Origin: Narcine bancroftii
Lineage: Eukaryota
Assembly (NCBI RefSeq): GCF_036971445.1
Contig: NC_091473.1
Location: forward strand, 205,158,377-205,222,376
Direction: 5' to 3'
Length of the DNA stretch: 64,000 bases
The translations under genes and the position numbers were made by a program. The notes below the pieces were generated by a model. It did no database searches, was not told the origin of the DNA, and was given only the letters and a program-made list of their open reading frames with translations. Below, in pieces: positions 24,501-35,066 of this stretch. The stretch's first letter is position 1. Every line of letters begins with the position of its first letter.

Positions 24501-25380
24501 CTCTAATGAATGCTTTCATTGCGTCCCATAGTATAAACTTATCTTCCACTGATTCCGTATTTACTTCAAAGTACATTTTTAATTGTTTTTCAATAAATTC
24601 TCTAAAATCCTGTCTTTTAAGTAGCATGGGGTTTAATCTCCATCTATACATTCTTGGAGGGATGTCTTCTAGCTCTATTGCCAATAACAGGGGTGAGTGG
24701 TCCGATAATAGTCTAGCTTTATATTCCGTTTTCCTAACTCTCCCTTGTATGTGGGCTGATAACAGGAATAGGTCTATCCTTGAGTATGTTTTATGTCTAG
24801 TCGAGTAGTATGAGTATTCCTTTTCTTTTGGGTTTTGTTTCCTCCATATGTCCACAAGTTTCATTTCTTGCATTGATTTAATTATAAATTTGGTTACTTT
24901 GTTCTTCCTGTTAATTTTTTTCCCCGTTTTATCCATATTTGGATCCAAATTCAGATTGAAATCCCCTCCTATTAGTATGTTCCCTTGCGTATTAGCTACC
25001 TTCAAAAAGATATCTTGCATAAACTTTTGATCTTCTTCGTTAGGTGAATATATATTAAGTAGATTCCAAAGCTCTGAATATATCTGACATTTTATCATAA
25101 CATATCTCCCTGCTGGATCTATTATTTCCTCTTCTATTTTAAATGGCACATTTTTGCTAATTAATATAGCCACTCCTCTTGCTTTTGAATTATACGATGC
25201 TGCTGTTACATGTCCTACCCAATCTCTCTTTAATTTCTTGTGCTCCCATTCAGTTAAATGTGTTTCTTGGACAAATGCTATATCTATTTTTTCCTTTTTC
25301 AGTAAATTTAGTAGTTTCTTCCTTTTAATTTGGTTATGTATTCCATTAATATTTAGAGTCATATAGTTCAGCGTAGCCAT
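21583..25380 (-). CDS. LINE ORF2 protein: N-terminal APE-type endonuclease, reverse transcriptase (FADD box), C-terminal Cys/His-rich domain.
   Basis: 1265-aa ORF. N-terminus MATLNYMTLNINGIHNQIKRKKL...DIAFVQETHL (L1 EN motifs). RT motifs ...PISLLNTDYKI..., LFADDVIVY. C-terminus CFRCKKERGTTIHAIWTCERVEKFW. Confidence 0.9.
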   Translation of the reverse strand: MATLNYMTLNINGIHNQIKRKKLLNLLKKEKIDIAFVQETHLTEWEHKKLKRDWVGHVTAASYNSKARGVAILISKNVPFKIEEEIIDPAGRYVMIKCQIYSELWNLLNIYSPNEEDQKFMQDIFLKVANTQGNILIGGDFNLNLDPNMDKTGKKINRKNKVTKFIIKSMQEMKLVDIWRKQNPKEKEYSYYSTRHKTYSRIDLFLLSAHIQGRVRKTEYKARLLSDHSPLLLAIELEDIPPRMYRWRLNPMLLKRQDFREFIEKQLKMYFEVNTESVEDKFILWDAMKAFIRGQIISYATKMKKDYNQETEQLEREIINIEKKLAIKEDTTKRRELADKKIKYETLQTYKVEKNIMKTKQKYYELGEKTHKILAWQLKTEQTKKTVLATRKKDKQITYNPKEIKENFREFYEQLYRTENEGKEGKIDEFLTKIELPKLQIEEQNKLTEPFGTVEIQEIIKNLPNNKTPGEDGLPIEFYKTFKDLIIPPLLDVINQIDETQNLPDSCKTAIITVILKQGKDPLSPASYRPISLLNTDYKIIAKLLANRLAEQVPKMVNLDQTGFIKKRRTTDNICKFINLIHAVEGNKAPAVAVALDAEKAFDRVEWNYLFKVLQKFSLPEKYINWIKALYKGPLAKVTVNGHVSKQFNLSRSTRQGCPLSPLLFALAIEPLAESIRRDNNIKGIKIKDREYKISLFADDVIVYLTEPELSIKELYKKLKEYGEVSGYKINVNKSEAMPMNNADFSKFKEESPFRWQTQAIRYLGVQINKNLGQLYKLNYNPLMKKLQDDLEHWKELPLTLIGRINCIKMNIFPRILYLFQALPIQLTEKFFKELKKIIRRFLWRGGKPRIALDKLTEWYKQGGLQLPNFKNYYRAAQLRYLSDFYQTREKPDWTRLELDKIGEKIPEHILYKWDEKLVQHRTSPVLHHLLNIWKKIHVERNKINYQIPKLILTQNKLLPFTIDNLAFRKWEKKGIKRIENCFSGNRFLSFEQMRDKYNITGDTALAYYQLRSYLKDKLGSNLSLPEGSNLEYVITDTMLIKRFIKNMYIKLQEKENEETNGKTKQKWEQDLNIKIKKETWEKLCSGTMRNTINTRLRMIQYNWLHRLYITPQKLNKWDPTVSDRCFRCKKERGTTIHAIWTCERVEKFWDDLNQILNKITENNIPKNPEIFLLSNIKNKEFGIDLEDAQKRFVKIALAVAKKCIMSTWKLEDNLKIQQWYIEMNKCIPLEKITYSLRNNIEIFEQVWEPYIKYNSENLPGTNIT

Positions 25381-25980
25381 TTTATATTTTGTTTATCTTC
25401 TCTTTCCGTTTTTCCATCATTACCTTTCCTCCTTTTCCATTTCTGTTTTCTTATTTTCAACTCTTTACCAGACAACATTCCTACAACATCCAACATTTTC
25501 CTTATTCTCCTATTTCTATCTTCTTTATCCCCAATCTCCCCTTCCCCTCCTGAGTTGCCCTTTATCCCTTGTCGGACAACCACATCTCCCCTCTCCATTT
25601 GGATTTGCGAATCCACTCGCAAGCGTCAACTGATTTTGCAGTGACCGCTCTTTTCCCCCCACCCAGCCCCCCCCAGAAAAGATTTCGTTTTTTATATGTC
25701 ACAAAGGTCACTCTTTTAGTTCCCTCCTTATTCTCTCTATTCCATTACCTTCCCTTATTAATTCTTGTCTATACTTTCTATGTTTTCCTCTAATTACAGA
25801 TACTTTCACATATGCCCGTTGTCTCTATTCACTCTTATACCTCTTTACCCGCATACATATCAATCGTGGTCATTTTTACCCTCCTTACCCGTCTTCATCC
25901 CTCAGTCTATTTTTGTCTTTACCCACATACATATCAATCGTGATAATTTTTGCTCTCATTACCCGTCTTCATCCCTCAGT

Positions 25981-27210
25981 CTATTTTTGTAATTGTTCTG
26001 CAAATTTTCGTGCTTCTTCTGGATCCGAGAATAGTCTGTTTTGTTGTCCTGGAATAAATATTTTCAATACCGCAGGATGCTTCAGTGTAAATTTATATCC
26101 TTTCTTCCATAAAATCGCTTTTGCTGCATTGAACTCTTTTCTCTTCTTTAGGAGTTCAAAGCTTATATCTGGATAAATGAAGATTTTTTGCCCTTTATAC
26201 TCCAGTGGTTTGTTGCCCTCTCTTACTTTTTCCATTGTCTTCTCCAGCACCTTTTCTCTTGTAGTATATCTTAGGAATTTTACTACAATAGATCTTGGTT
26301 TTTGTTGTGGTTGTGGTTTAGGGGCCAATGCTCTATGTGCCCTTTCTATTTCCATTTCTTGCTGTAGTTCTGGACATCCTAGGGCCTTAGGGATCCATTC
26401 TTTTATAAACTCCCTCATATTCTTGCCTTCTACATCTTCCTTAAGGCCCACTATCTTTATGTTATTTCTTCTGTTATAATTTTCCATTATATCTATTTTT
26501 TGGGCTAGTAATTCTTGTGTCTCTTTAGTTTTTTTATTAGATTCCTCCAATTTCTTTTTTAAGTCTTCTACCTCCATTTCTGCTGCTATTGCCCGTTCTT
26601 CCATCTTGTCCATTTTTTTCCCCATTTCTGTTAAGGTCATATCCATTTTATTTATTTTCTTTTCTGTGTTGTTTATTCTTCTTCTTAAATCATTGAATTC
26701 CTGTGTTTGCCATTCTTTAAATGACTCCATGTATCCTCTAACAAGAGCAAGTACCTCCTTTACCTTGCCTATCTTTTCTTCTTCTATTTCCCTGTACTCT
26801 TCCTCTTCCTCTTCTTCTTCCTCTAGGTTGACCATCTGTTGTTTCTTTGCTGCCCTTTCCTCCTCTTCTTTCTTGTTTCCATTGTCTTCTGTGGTGTCTT
26901 CTTGCTGCAGGTGTTCTGCAGCTGTCGTTGCCGGCTGTGGAGATCGACTCCCCAGCTGGTCCCCCCTCCCGTCGGTGTGTTTTTTTGTATGCGCATCGCG
27001 CATGCGCGAGGAGTCGCGCATGCGCGGTTGCGCACTTTTACTCGGCTCTGTGAGCCATTGTTGTAGTTCTCTTTCTACCGACCTGAGGTAATGGGGTCTT
27101 CTCTCCACAGCGGGCCTCTTCGGACAGGTAAGGCCTTCACCTTTTTCCTCCGTTGTCTTCTCTTCCTCTCTTCTTTCCGTTGATTTTGATTTTTCTCCTT
27201 TTGTCTCCAT
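25981..27210 (-). CDS. LINE ORF1 protein (L1 ORF1p-like). Acidic, coiled-coil, and a C-terminal domain with the RNNIKIVGLKE motif.
   Basis: 409-aa ORF with E/K-rich heptad-like stretches (EEEEEEEEYREIEEEKIGKVKE...). The RNNIKIVGL.E motif resembles the L1 ORF1 (Transposase_22) RNN-RI-G-PE signature. Confidence 0.8.
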   Translation of the reverse strand: METKGEKSKSTERREEEKTTEEKGEGLTCPKRPAVERRPHYLRSVERELQQWLTEPSKSAQPRMRDSSRMRDAHTKKHTDGRGDQLGSRSPQPATTAAEHLQQEDTTEDNGNKKEEEERAAKKQQMVNLEEEEEEEEEYREIEEEKIGKVKEVLALVRGYMESFKEWQTQEFNDLRRRINNTEKKINKMDMTLTEMGKKMDKMEERAIAAEMEVEDLKKKLEESNKKTKETQELLAQKIDIMENYNRRNNIKIVGLKEDVEGKNMREFIKEWIPKALGCPELQQEMEIERAHRALAPKPQPQQKPRSIVVKFLRYTTREKVLEKTMEKVREGNKPLEYKGQKIFIYPDISFELLKKRKEFNAAKAILWKKGYKFTLKHPAVLKIFIPGQQNRLFSDPEEARKFAEQLQK

Positions 27211-27343
27211 CTTCTTTCCACCTTTATATTCACTTTTCTTTAACTTGTATTTCTGTGCCTTTGTATTTTCTCTCGTTTTTCCCGACTTTTCTGGAGAGGG
27301 CTGGAGTTCACCGTCCGGCCACTACTCCATCACGTGACTCCTC

Positions 27344-27433
27344 ATCTCCGGAGATCTTGAAGCAGACTTGGCCGTTTGTCTCTGTTCGGTGCGATTCACA
27401 CGCTTCCTGGGATATTGCGGAGGTACACAGGCT
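27344..27433 (+). pseudogene. V fragment, family G, 3' portion after the LINE. Includes an RSS-like element.
   Basis: Resumes with the duplicated atctccggagatc. Reads ...SGDLEADLAVCLCSV. Heptamer CACACGC at 27396-27402, nonamer-like ACACAGGCT at 27425-27433. Confidence 0.5.
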
Positions 27434-27847
27434 CATTCTGAGATGGGATGTGGTTAGAGAGAAAAGGGGAGAAAGAAGTGGATAAGCGTGTTGAGATTGA
27501 GAAGGGTTAAGCAGGTGAAAGAGTGAGACAGCGTGAGGAAGAACCGTAGAAAGAATGAAGGGGTGAGACGGAGGAGTGAGGGAAAGCGAGGGAGGAGATA
27601 CAAAGAGGGCAGGAGAAAGACGCGGGAAGTGGACATAGAGGGAGAAACTGAGCGAAGGACGGGGAACGAGATGGGGATTGTCTTATCAACTCAATCTGGT
27701 TGGATCAATTATGGCCACACGAACCAATCCTGTGTGTGGTAAACACTCTCAAATCTGGCCCAAGCGTCATTTCGCTTAAAACATCGCTCCACCCTGGTAC
27801 AGCGGTAACACAGGGAAATCTTCGCTTTAGACCTTAATCCGCGTACC

Positions 27848-28521
27848 ATGTCCCTTCTGAGTTGTTTGCTGATTCTGTGGGCCTTTCTGACTGGTGAGAC
27901 TGTCTGATTGGTCAGCGACGTCTATCCATCGTCTTTTCTCTTTGTATCTCCAGCTTTAACCTAATGAAAATTGACAATTCCCCAAAATGTTGCTTCCGAC
28001 TTGGAATCGCGCTCTTATATAATCGAGCATTTGTAAAATATTCTTCCTCCGATTTGAGTCCGGGCATCATTTTCCTACTGCGCTGTTGGCTGATTGTTTG
28101 CGCCGTTCTACTTGGTGAGAGTGATTGGTCAACAAGTGTCCAGTGGGATCAGCGCGATTAACACCTTCTGTTTTGTTCCAGCGGCGAGTGGGAAAGACTC
28201 AGTTAGTCAAGACCCCACGGAATTGGTGGTCTATGAAGGGCAGATCGTATCACTGAGCTGCAGTTACTCGAAGAGCCTGATGGCATATATTTGGTACATT
28301 CATCATCCTGGAAAATCTCCCAAATATCTGCTGAAAATCTACGCGTCAGGAGAGGCGTTTCCGTCCCCAGATTGTCCGGAGAGGATCTCGGGTATATTGG
28401 AGAAAAAGAGTCAGAAATCCCACCTTAACATCTCTAAAAGCCTTGTAGAAGATTCCGCCGTGTATCTCTGCGCAGTGAAGCACACGCTGTTCCTGAGCAG
28501 TGGCAGATCCGTACAAAAAAC
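27848..28521 (+). CDS. Germline V gene segment, family C, copy 1. L-PART1 27848-27893, V exon 28182-28482, RSS 28483-28521. Apparently intact.
   Basis: Leader MSLLSCLLILWAFLT plus G, donor GTGAGA. ORF 28094..28525 reads ...GKDSVSQDPTELVVYEGQIVSLSCSYSKSLMAYIWYIHHPGKSPKYLLKIY...PDCPERISG...DSAVYLCAVKH. Heptamer CACGCTG, 23-bp spacer, nonamer ACAAAAAAC. Confidence 0.8.
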
Positions 28522-29103
28522 GTAGCACACGAAATTTAATCGGACGCAGTGGGTCGGGGGCGCCCTCGATCACGGAATGGAAGCGGCAGCGCGACCTTCT
28601 TGGAGAGTCTGCAGGAACGTGGAGTGTGTTGAGATCTGCCCTCCTCTGATCGTTTCTCTCTCTCTGCGTGCTCTGTGTCTGAGGTGAGAGGTTGGAAGTC
28701 TTGAAGAAATAGACAGCTATTTGCTGGAATATTGTACTTAAACGATCGATTGTTGTTTAGATAGATGGGAGGGAGAGGTTATCACTACTCTCGAAAGGTT
28801 AAATAAGTGTAAGAGGTAGTCGAGTCGAAACAGAACGGGAGAAGCGGCGAGGGGGCCCAGGAAAACAAGAGGAGGTGATGGGAAGGGATGAGCGAGAGTG
28901 AAGAAGATAAAGACGTGGGGAGTGTAAATGTAGACAGCGAAACACGAGCGAAAATGACTGAACATGAGAACAGCCAACATGAATAACTAGATTCCATTGG
29001 TCCAGTAACTGAGCCCTATTGAGCCGATGTGCGAGGAGGGCGCCCTCCTGTGTATCCTAGAGGATGGGCCGCCACTGACGCGACCACCCAGTCTTCGACT
29101 AAA

Positions 29104-29591
29104 ATGTTGAAATATTCGCTGTTTATCTTCATGCTGGTTTCCTCCCCATTCAGTTATTTGTTGATTCTGTGGGCCGTTCAGCTTGGTGAGCCTCTGACAG
29201 ATTGGTCAGCGCGTGTCCCTACCGGCTCAGCGCAATTCTTCTCATATCTTGCACTGCGAGCTTCATTCCAGGAACAAAAGGGGAAATGTAGTAACACACG
29301 GAAATGTCTGCGGGACGCCAAGCAGAGTCACTGACACTACTTACCCGACAAGTGTTACCTTATATCTTTGGGACGTTAAAATCCCCGTGGATCGTCAAAT
29401 CTTGGATATAACATCCAGTTCGATGTGGTTCAGACTCACGATCGTCCGGACAGGATGACGGTTACATTGGAGAAAAGGGTCCGAATATTACATCTCAATA
29501 TCTCGAAAGCTCTTGAAGCCCACTTGACCGTGTATATCTGTGCGGTGCGGCTCACGCTGTTCTTTGGAAATTGAGGTGACGCACAAAACCT
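29104..29591 (+). pseudogene. V pseudogene, family D, copy 2.
   Basis: Same structure as copy 1. V end 29552. Heptamer 29553-29559. Confidence 0.65.
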
Positions 29592-29995
29592 GATTCTGAA
29601 ATCGGATGTGGGTGGAATCAAAAGGGGATGAAGAGGACGGGAGATCATGTTAGTGATTGCGAAAGGCCGAGCAGGTGAAAATGCTAGATAGAATGAGCTA
29701 GAGGAATAGAATGAAAGAAGCGGAGAGAGGGAGCGAGGGAGGAGATAAAAAGACGGAAGACACTGGGAATGCACAGATAGAGGGAGAAACCGTGAAAGGA
29801 GAGCGCGATGAAGACTGTCTTCTCAACGCGGTCTGATTGGTTCACGAATGAGATCATCAACCAATCCTATGTGAAGGAAACGCATTCATTTCTGACCCAG
29901 GGTGTTTGTCCGCTCATAACATCGACCGATCCGTATTTCCCTATGTTCAGCTGTAATACGGGGAAATCTTCGCCTTTGACCTTAATCCGCAGATC

Positions 29996-30202
29996 ATGGC
30001 TGTTGTGTGTTTTTTTGCCGATTCTTTGGGTCGTTTTGACTGGTGAGCATGTCCGATATGTTACCATCCCCGGTAGTCCACGTGTTTTTAACTTTAACAT
30101 TAGTAAAGTTAGATGAGTTCCCCCCAAGAATCAAACTCCTTAGCTCTCCCTCCGTTTACTCGTTTACTCGTTCACTGTCTACGTACTGATATACGTCGCG
30201 CG

Positions 30203-30243
<41 letters not shown>

Positions 30244-30846
30244 TCTGTCGCTCCTCGCCATTCTAATGAGTGAGAAACAAGTCCAGTCTCCAAAAGACAT
30301 TTTTCAGCATCCGACTTGAGTTTTCGACCTTGTGTCGGGCGAGCATTTAGAAAATTTCTTTCTTCCGAATTGAAGCCGAGCATCATGTTCCTCCTGAAGA
30401 TTGGGCAGAATCTTAGGGCCGATCTGCCAGCTGAGACAGATTGGTCAACAAGTGTCGCGCGGGTGCAGTACGGTCCAGCGGTGTTCACTCATTCTGCTTT
30501 GTTCCAGGGGCCAGTGCGAATGATTCAGTGACACAAAGACCGCCGGAAATGATAGTCGATGAAGGGCAGTTTGTGGAACTGAACTGTAGTTACTCGATGA
30601 CAACCTACGCTTATTTTTGGTACATTCAACATCCCGGAGAATCTCCAAAATATTTGCTGAAAATCCAACGGTCAAGAGACGTGTTTCCTTCTCGCGATTG
30701 TCCTGAGAGGATATCGGGTTCCTTAGAGAAAACGAGCCAGAGATTCCACCTTAATATCTCACAAATCCGCGTGGATGATTCCGCCGTGTATCTCTGCGCC
30801 GTGGAGCTCACGCTGTTCCAGGGCGGCGGGGATCTGCACAAAAACA
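29996..30846 (+). pseudogene. V gene segment, family A, copy 3. L-PART1 29996-30042 is frameshifted by a T6 to T7 run. V exon 30508-30808 is intact. RSS 30809-30846.
   Basis: L-PART1 is 47 nt instead of 46 because of an extra T in the homopolymer after ATGGCTGTTGTGTG, so the leader frame and phase are lost. The V exon ORF 30441..31010 is open. Nonamer ACAAAAACA. The homopolymer change could be a sequencing error. Confidence 0.55.
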
Positions 30847-31943
30847 CACCTCGAGAATTGTCATCACGCGCGGTGGCTTGGGGGCGCTCTCGGTCCCCAG
30901 AAGCCAGTTCTGTCAGTCAGATTAATAGAAGGGTGAAGTCAACGCCGAGGTGCTGGAGATTTTCCCTCATCTTGCGTTTCTTTTTCTCTGCATCCGTTTC
31001 GTTTCTTTGAGGTTGAAGGTAGGATGACAGCGAGGGAGAAAAAGTGAACAGCTGTTTCCCAGAATATAGTGGGAAAAGGGAAGTTATGTTTTTGTGATGG
31101 AAATTGAGAATTTGATAAAGGCGGCGCGGGTAGGACAAGAGCGTGGCCCCACATTCATGAGTGCATATGGCATAGAGTAGGGGACAAAGCAGGCATTGAT
31201 GCGTGTTTCTGATCATCGTAGAGGAGGTGATGTTGCCGATGAGCACTGTTGGGGGCTTCCAATGAGGATGTCACAGATCCAGTAACAGATGGCTGGACAA
31301 AGTACCGGATCCTTTAGATTGGTCTTCCGCTTTGCAACTGTGTGGGCGTTGAACGCCGGGCATTAGTCCTTGAACAGCAAACCCACCATGGTATTTCAGC
31401 GGTATAGGTGATTTAATAAAGAGTGGACCGTCAACGGTAGGGGTGGGGGTGGGGGCGGTCGTCACCTGTGGCGACGGGTGATGGGCGAATTGAAGTGTGT
31501 CCAGATCCTTCAAGTGATAGGTGTTAATGCGCTCGATAACCAAACGGCGAAAACATTTCCTCCAAGTCCGTTAACTTGCTCTTGATGGGCAACAGGAGAG
31601 AGCAACGTGGAAGCAAAATCTCATAGAAATGCTGGAGCAACACAGCCGGTGCTGCAGAACCCAAAAGGAGGGAAAGATACCTCACCGATATTTCGGGTCT
31701 GAGCCCTTCTTCAATGAATAAGAAAATCTCCTGAATGTGTTAAAATTAAGACTGCAGACTGACCGGGTTTGTTGTTGGTGGGGGTGGGGGGGGGGGGGGG
31801 TTGGGGGAGAGGGGCAGTTCAAAGCGACAGTTGATAATTGGCTATGGAAGGTAAAGAGATGAGAATTGATTTTGTTTCTGTCAACGGGGACAGAGGGAAA
31901 CTCACATAGACCGAGACACAGAATGAGAGATAGAGATAGATAG

Positions 31944-31944
<1 letters not shown>

Positions 31945-31994
<50 letters not shown>

Positions 31995-32005
31995 TGACAG
32001 AGAGA

Positions 32006-32059
<54 letters not shown>

Positions 32060-32063
32060 GAGA
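31945..32063. repeat. Compound (GT)n(GA)n microsatellite.
   Basis: Direct reading. Confidence 0.95.
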
Positions 32064-32149
32064 GCGGAATCGAAATAGAGGGAGAGAGAGGGCCTCGGGG
32101 AAATGCAAAAGTGGGAAAAATTAATTGTTTATCCTGACTTCCCCCCCTT

Positions 32150-32491
32150 TCAGTTGTTTGCTGATTTTGTGGACCGATCCACTTGGCGAACCTCTGACTG
32201 ATTGGGTAGCTCGCGTCCCTCCCGGCTCAGCGCAATTTCTCGCATATTACATTCATTGCGTGTTTCGTTCAGACACAAATTGAAATATCGTGGCCCATAT
32301 ATTAAATGCTTAAAAATTATAACCGAGACGACGTGGTCTGCCTCACGTTTGACTGGACAGGATGACGTTGGAGAAAAGGGGCCGGATATTTCACCTCAAT
32401 AAGTCGAAAACCTTTGTAGCGGACTTGATGGTTTATCTCAGGGCGGTGTGGCTCACGCTGTTCTTTGGAAATAGCTGGACGCACAAATCGT
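32150..32491 (+). pseudogene. V pseudogene, family E, copy 4.
   Basis: Homologous, with a 1-nt deletion. Nonamer at 32483-32491. Confidence 0.6.
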
Positions 32492-32869
32492 ATGTGGTTT
32501 GAAATGAAACGCGAGAAAGAGGATGCTAGAGCAGGTTAGGGATTGCTTAATGTTGAACAGGTGAAAATGTGAGACAGAGTGAGCGTCAAGAATAGAACGA
32601 AAGAAGGAGAAAGGGGGCGAGGGAGGAGATTAAAAAAAGGGTAGATGCGGGGAGTGAACAGGTAGAGGGTTGTGAAGCGAGGGGAACGCGATGCAAACTG
32701 TCTTCACTAACGCGTTCTTATTGGTTGGATAATGACCACACCAACCAATCCTGTATGATGGAAACACTCTCATATCTGTCCCAAGTGTTAGACCGCTCAT
32801 AACATCGCCCCACCAATTGTACTGCGGTAACATAAGGAATCCTTCGTTGATGATCTTAATCCACATACC

Positions 32870-33699
32870 ATGTTCTTCGTGAATGGTTTGGTGATTCTTT
32901 GGGCCGTTCTGACTAGTGAGCCTGTCTGACTGGTCAGCGACTTCTGCCCATTGTCCTCTCTCTACAAATCTCTAGCTTTAACGTAATTAAAGACGGACAA
33001 TTTCCCCAACTTCCTTTGCTCTTCCTTGCACGTTCTTCCTCCGCTTACTCATTTACACACTCTCTGTGTTTACTGAACTTCCTCGCGGTTTCACTGTCGC
33101 TCTCGTTCCCCCCCTCTCTCGCTCTTCGCCATTTTCGTACGAGGGAAACGGGGACACATACAGAGTTTCTGCTGCTCCCGACGTGGGTACGCAACCTGAT
33201 ATGGTCGAGGATTTGTAAAATATCCTACCTCCGAATTTAGACCGGGCATCATGTTCCTACTGATTTGTTGGCTGATTATATGCACCGTTCCGCCTGTTGA
33301 GACTAATTGGTCAACTAGTGCCGCGCGGGTTCAGTGCCATCCAGCGGAGTTCACACATTTTATTTTGTTCAAGGGGCGAGGGCAAAGGATTCGGTGACCC
33401 AAAGCCCGCCGCAAATGTTAGTGGATAAAGGGCAGATCGTATCAATGAGATGTAGTTACTTGATTAGCCCCGACACTAATTTTTGGTACATTCAATATCC
33501 CGGAGAATCTCCAAAATATTTGGCGAAAATCTACACGTCCCGAATCGTGGTTCAGACTCACGATTATCCTGAGAAAATAACGCGTTATTTGGTGAAAAAG
33601 GTAATGAAATCCACCTCATCATCTCTGAAAGCCTTGTGGAGGAATCCGTCGTGTATCTCACGCAGCTGCAGATGGGCTGGCAGATCCACACAAAAAAAC
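32870..33699 (+). pseudogene. V gene segment, family B, copy 4. L-PART1 32870-32915, V exon 33374-33658, RSS 33659-33699.
   Basis: Acceptor ttccag changed to ttcaag. Same FR3 1-nt frameshift as copy 3. No C104. Confidence 0.7.
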
Positions 33700-34589
33700 A
33701 GAACCTCATGGAATTTAATCGGACACTGTGGCTCAGGGGCGCACCCGTCAACGGAATGGAAGCGACAGCGCGATCTACCTGAAGGGCCTGCTATAACGTG
33801 GAGTTGCAGGAGATTTGCCATTCTCTGAGCGTTTCTCTTTCTCTGAGTGCTCTTGGTCTGAATTGGAGGTTGGAAGTCAGGGGAGAGGGTGAAACAGATA
33901 GGTATTTGTCAGTATATTGTAGGAAAATGAAGCAATGTTCTTTAGATGGAAGGTGAGAAGTTTAAAAAAATCTTAGCCACGCGGGTCGGTGGGACTAGCG
34001 ATCCCTCAAACCTGTTATTGCTAAAATGAACAACTAGCTCCTTGGTCTTGATGATATTAAAAACATAATTGTCGTTCTCGAACCAGCCAAACTGGTTCTC
34101 GATCACTATCCTACATTCGGACTCATCGTTTCCATTTATTTGGGCAGCCCTGGTGGCGCCTTCAGCTAATTTGTAGATTGAGTTTGGGGTGAACTTGGCT
34201 GAACATCCATGAGTGAACATGGCTAAGGTTGAAGGGAGGGAGAGATTGGCACTGCTCTCGAAAGATTAACTAAGTGGAAGACGGAGTCGCCTCAAGGAAG
34301 GAAGTGAAAGAGAACAGGAGAAGCGGCGAGAGGGTGCAGGAAAACATGTGAAGATGAAGGAAAGGGATGAGCAAGAGTGAAGAAGAGAGAGACGTCTGGT
34401 GTGTAAATATAGACAAGTAACACGTGGGAAAAAGAGTGAGAATGAGAACGGCCAAGATTAGTAACCAGATTTCATTGGTTCTATCACTATTGTGACGATG
34501 TGCGAGGAATGCGCCCTCCTGTGCCTCCAAGATGATGGGCCGCTACTGACGCGATCCCACAGTCACATATCGGGCAAAGACGTTGAAAG

Positions 34590-35066
34590 ATGCTTCTGTT
34601 CATATTCATCCTGGATTCCTTCCCATTCAGTGTTTTTCTGATTCTGTGGGCCGTTCTGCTTGGAGAACCACTGTCTAATTATTCAGCGCGTGTCCCTCCC
34701 GGCTCAGACTATTTCCTCGCAGATCTGCACTGCTTGCTTCTTTCCGAAACAAATGGGGAAATGCTGTGACACACGGACATGGCCGCGGTAAGACAAGAAG
34801 TGGCACTGACACTAGTAACCCGAGAGGTGTAACCTTATTTTTTGGAGACGTTACAACTCCCGTGGACCGTGAGATCTTGGATATAACATACTATTCAATG
34901 CGTTTCGGTCTCACGATCGTCCGGACAGGATGACGGTTCCTTTGGAGAAAAGGGACTGGATATTCCACCTCAATGTTTCGAAAGCTGTTGAAGCGGACTT
35001 GGCCGTGTATCTCTGCGCGGTGCCGCTCACATTGTTCTTTGGAAATTGCGGAAATGCACAAAAGCT
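34590..35066 (+). pseudogene. V pseudogene, family F, copy 4.
   Basis: Homologous structure. FR3 ORF 34930..35172. Confidence 0.6.

Larger units (their letters stand above)
21267..27343 (-). mobile_element. Full-length L1-clade non-LTR retrotransposon (LINE), about 6.08 kb, antisense. Both ORFs intact. Long pure poly(A) tail. Perfect 13-bp TSD.
   Basis: Minus-strand layout: 5'UTR 27343-27211, ORF1 27210-25981, spacer, ORF2 25380-21583, 3'UTR, then (A)63 seen as T63 at 21267-21329 on the + strand. Flanked by the direct repeat ATCTCCGGAGATC at 21254-21266 and 27344-27356. The uninterrupted target is visible in the paralogous V_G copies. Confidence 0.9.

Noticed and set aside
22052-25366. Several + strand ORFs of 60-170 aa inside the LINE (for example 23045..23557, 24506..24808)
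   Set aside because: They are antisense to the long intact LINE ORF2 and are AT-rich, low-complexity reading frames. No independent signals.
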